64,000 nt of DNA from Candidatus Cloacimonadota bacterium (GTDB lineage: Bacteria; Cloacimonadota; Cloacimonadia; JGIOTU-2). The stretch lies in NCBI GenBank assembly GCA_049903315.1, contig JBNGBT010000001.1, positions 384,001 to 448,000 of the forward strand, in the 5' to 3' direction. The position numbers and the translations under genes were made by a program. Numbering within the stretch: the stretch's first letter is position 1; each line of letters begins with the position of its first letter. Below the pieces are notes generated by a model that ran no database searches, was not told the origin of the DNA, and saw only the letters and a program-made list of their open reading frames with translations. Of the stretch, positions 62,732-64,000 are shown piece by piece.

Positions 62732-63850
62732 ATGAAGTTTAATGTTCATAGAAATCAGATATTACAAAAAGTCCAATTTATCAACAGTATTGTTCCTGTA
62801 AGAAACCCTTTGCAGATACTCACTAATATTCTCCTTGAAGCAAATAGTGAAAAAGGAAGCATTCGCCTTGCTGCTACTGATCTTGAAGTTTCGGCAGTGA
62901 CAGAGGTAGAATGCAATGTGCTTGAATCCGGGAAGATTGCAATCCCCGCAAAAAATTTTACAGATATTATTCGTGCCCTTCCTGATGATGAGATTCACTG
63001 CGAACTGGATAATAAGATGCTGAATATCAAATGCCAACACAGTGAATTTAGTTTGATATATGCAGACCCGGAAGATTTCCCTGAAATTCCGGAACGAGAA
63101 TGGGAAAACAGTTTTACTATGGATGCTGGGCTCTTTTCAAAATTAGTTGAAAAAACTTCTTTTGCCGTATCAGAACATATTGGACGACCCGCATTCTCAG
63201 GTATTCTTTGGGAGTTGGATGCTAAAAAACAGAAGATGGTTGCTACAGATGGAAAAAGATTAGGTAAATTCGAGAGCGCGCTGAGTCTGGATACAGACAA
63301 GATAGACATTATTATGCCGATCAAAGGTGTGAATCTCGTAAGAAGGATTATACATGCTGACCAGCCCAAGATAAAGATATTACCTGAAGAGAGCGCGATC
63401 AGCTTTGAGTATGATTCATATAAGATATATTCACGTTTGATTGAGGCAAATTATCCTGACTACGAAGCAGTAATACCGTACGATAATTCAAAGATATTTG
63501 ATATCGAAGTAGAACCTCTTATTAAAGCAATTCAACGAGTTTCTCTGCTTGCCTCTGAGGATAATTTTAAGATCGTATTCAATTTTTCGAAAAATCAACT
63601 TAAAATTCACTCCGAGAATATTGACAAGGGATCTGCTGAAGAAGTTCTGGAAATTGAGAATGATTTCGATAAATTCCAAATTGGCTTCAACTATAAATAT
63701 CTAATTGAAATACTTCAGCTTGTGGATACGAAGATCGTGCAGATAAAATTCGAAAACTCTCTTGATCCGTGTATTTTCTATAATATTGAATATGCAGAAG
63801 ATCAAAAAAATCTATTCCTCCTCATGCCGCTAAGATTAGCGAATGATTAA
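62732..63850 (+). CDS. dnaN: DNA polymerase III beta clamp
   Basis: ATDLE, ATDGKRL, SRLIEANYPDY, IGFNYKY, LLMPLR. Confidence 0.96.
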   Translation: MKFNVHRNQILQKVQFINSIVPVRNPLQILTNILLEANSEKGSIRLAATDLEVSAVTEVECNVLESGKIAIPAKNFTDIIRALPDDEIHCELDNKMLNIKCQHSEFSLIYADPEDFPEIPEREWENSFTMDAGLFSKLVEKTSFAVSEHIGRPAFSGILWELDAKKQKMVATDGKRLGKFESALSLDTDKIDIIMPIKGVNLVRRIIHADQPKIKILPEESAISFEYDSYKIYSRLIEANYPDYEAVIPYDNSKIFDIEVEPLIKAIQRVSLLASEDNFKIVFNFSKNQLKIHSENIDKGSAEEVLEIENDFDKFQIGFNYKYLIEILQLVDTKIVQIKFENSLDPCIFYNIEYAEDQKNLFLLMPLRLAND

Positions 63851-63874
63851 GTAGATTAGTAAATAAACTTTGAT

Positions 63875-63905
63875 AAAGCATCTGTATTCTTGCAGATGCT
63901 TTTTT
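63875..63905 (+). terminator. Intrinsic terminator after dnaN
   Basis: AAAGCATCTGTA/TGCAGATGCTTT stem plus T-tract. Confidence 0.8.
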
Positions 63906-64000
63906 ATTTTATCTTGGATTTTCTCTTTGCAGTATGCTTATTTCTAACCTCATATTTTCTGAATAACTTTGCCTTTTGTTGGTATTGTTCAAGAGGGACC

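Overview
AT-rich bacterial chromosomal window with about 48 densely packed CDS and no rRNA, tRNA, CRISPR array, transposase or integrase that I can recognise. The organism is an anaerobic diderm, probably FCB group and Cloacimonadota-like. That assignment is inferred from the lpxC-fabZ fusion, a PorV-like barrel and secreted proteins with FlgD-Ig/T9SS-type C-termini. Most of the window is housekeeping: guaB, queE, pcrA, cmk-plsC-ispH-rpsA, lptD, lolCDE-type genes, a TamB-like gene, bamA-skp-lpxD-lpxC/fabZ-lpxA, hup and dnaN. It also carries an LPS/glycan glycosyltransferase cluster, buk, a ferredoxin-fused EtfA and a fused proline-dehydrogenase-like flavoprotein pair. The most interesting items are: (1) a very AT-rich two-gene cassette of a beta-class DNA methyltransferase plus a divergent DHH-like protein, bracketed by a 14-bp direct repeat, with an A10 run whose one-base shortening would fuse the two ORFs (candidate new RM-like defence system); (2) a PorV-like gene next to two tandem paralogous outer-membrane barrels that share an invariant 16-aa N-terminal peptide, plus CTD-bearing cargo proteins elsewhere in the window (candidate T9SS-related export module); (3) a DnaA-box cluster at about 18.3 kb; (4) a structured rpsA leader and very long acidic tails on S1. 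All calls come from reading motifs; no database searches were run.
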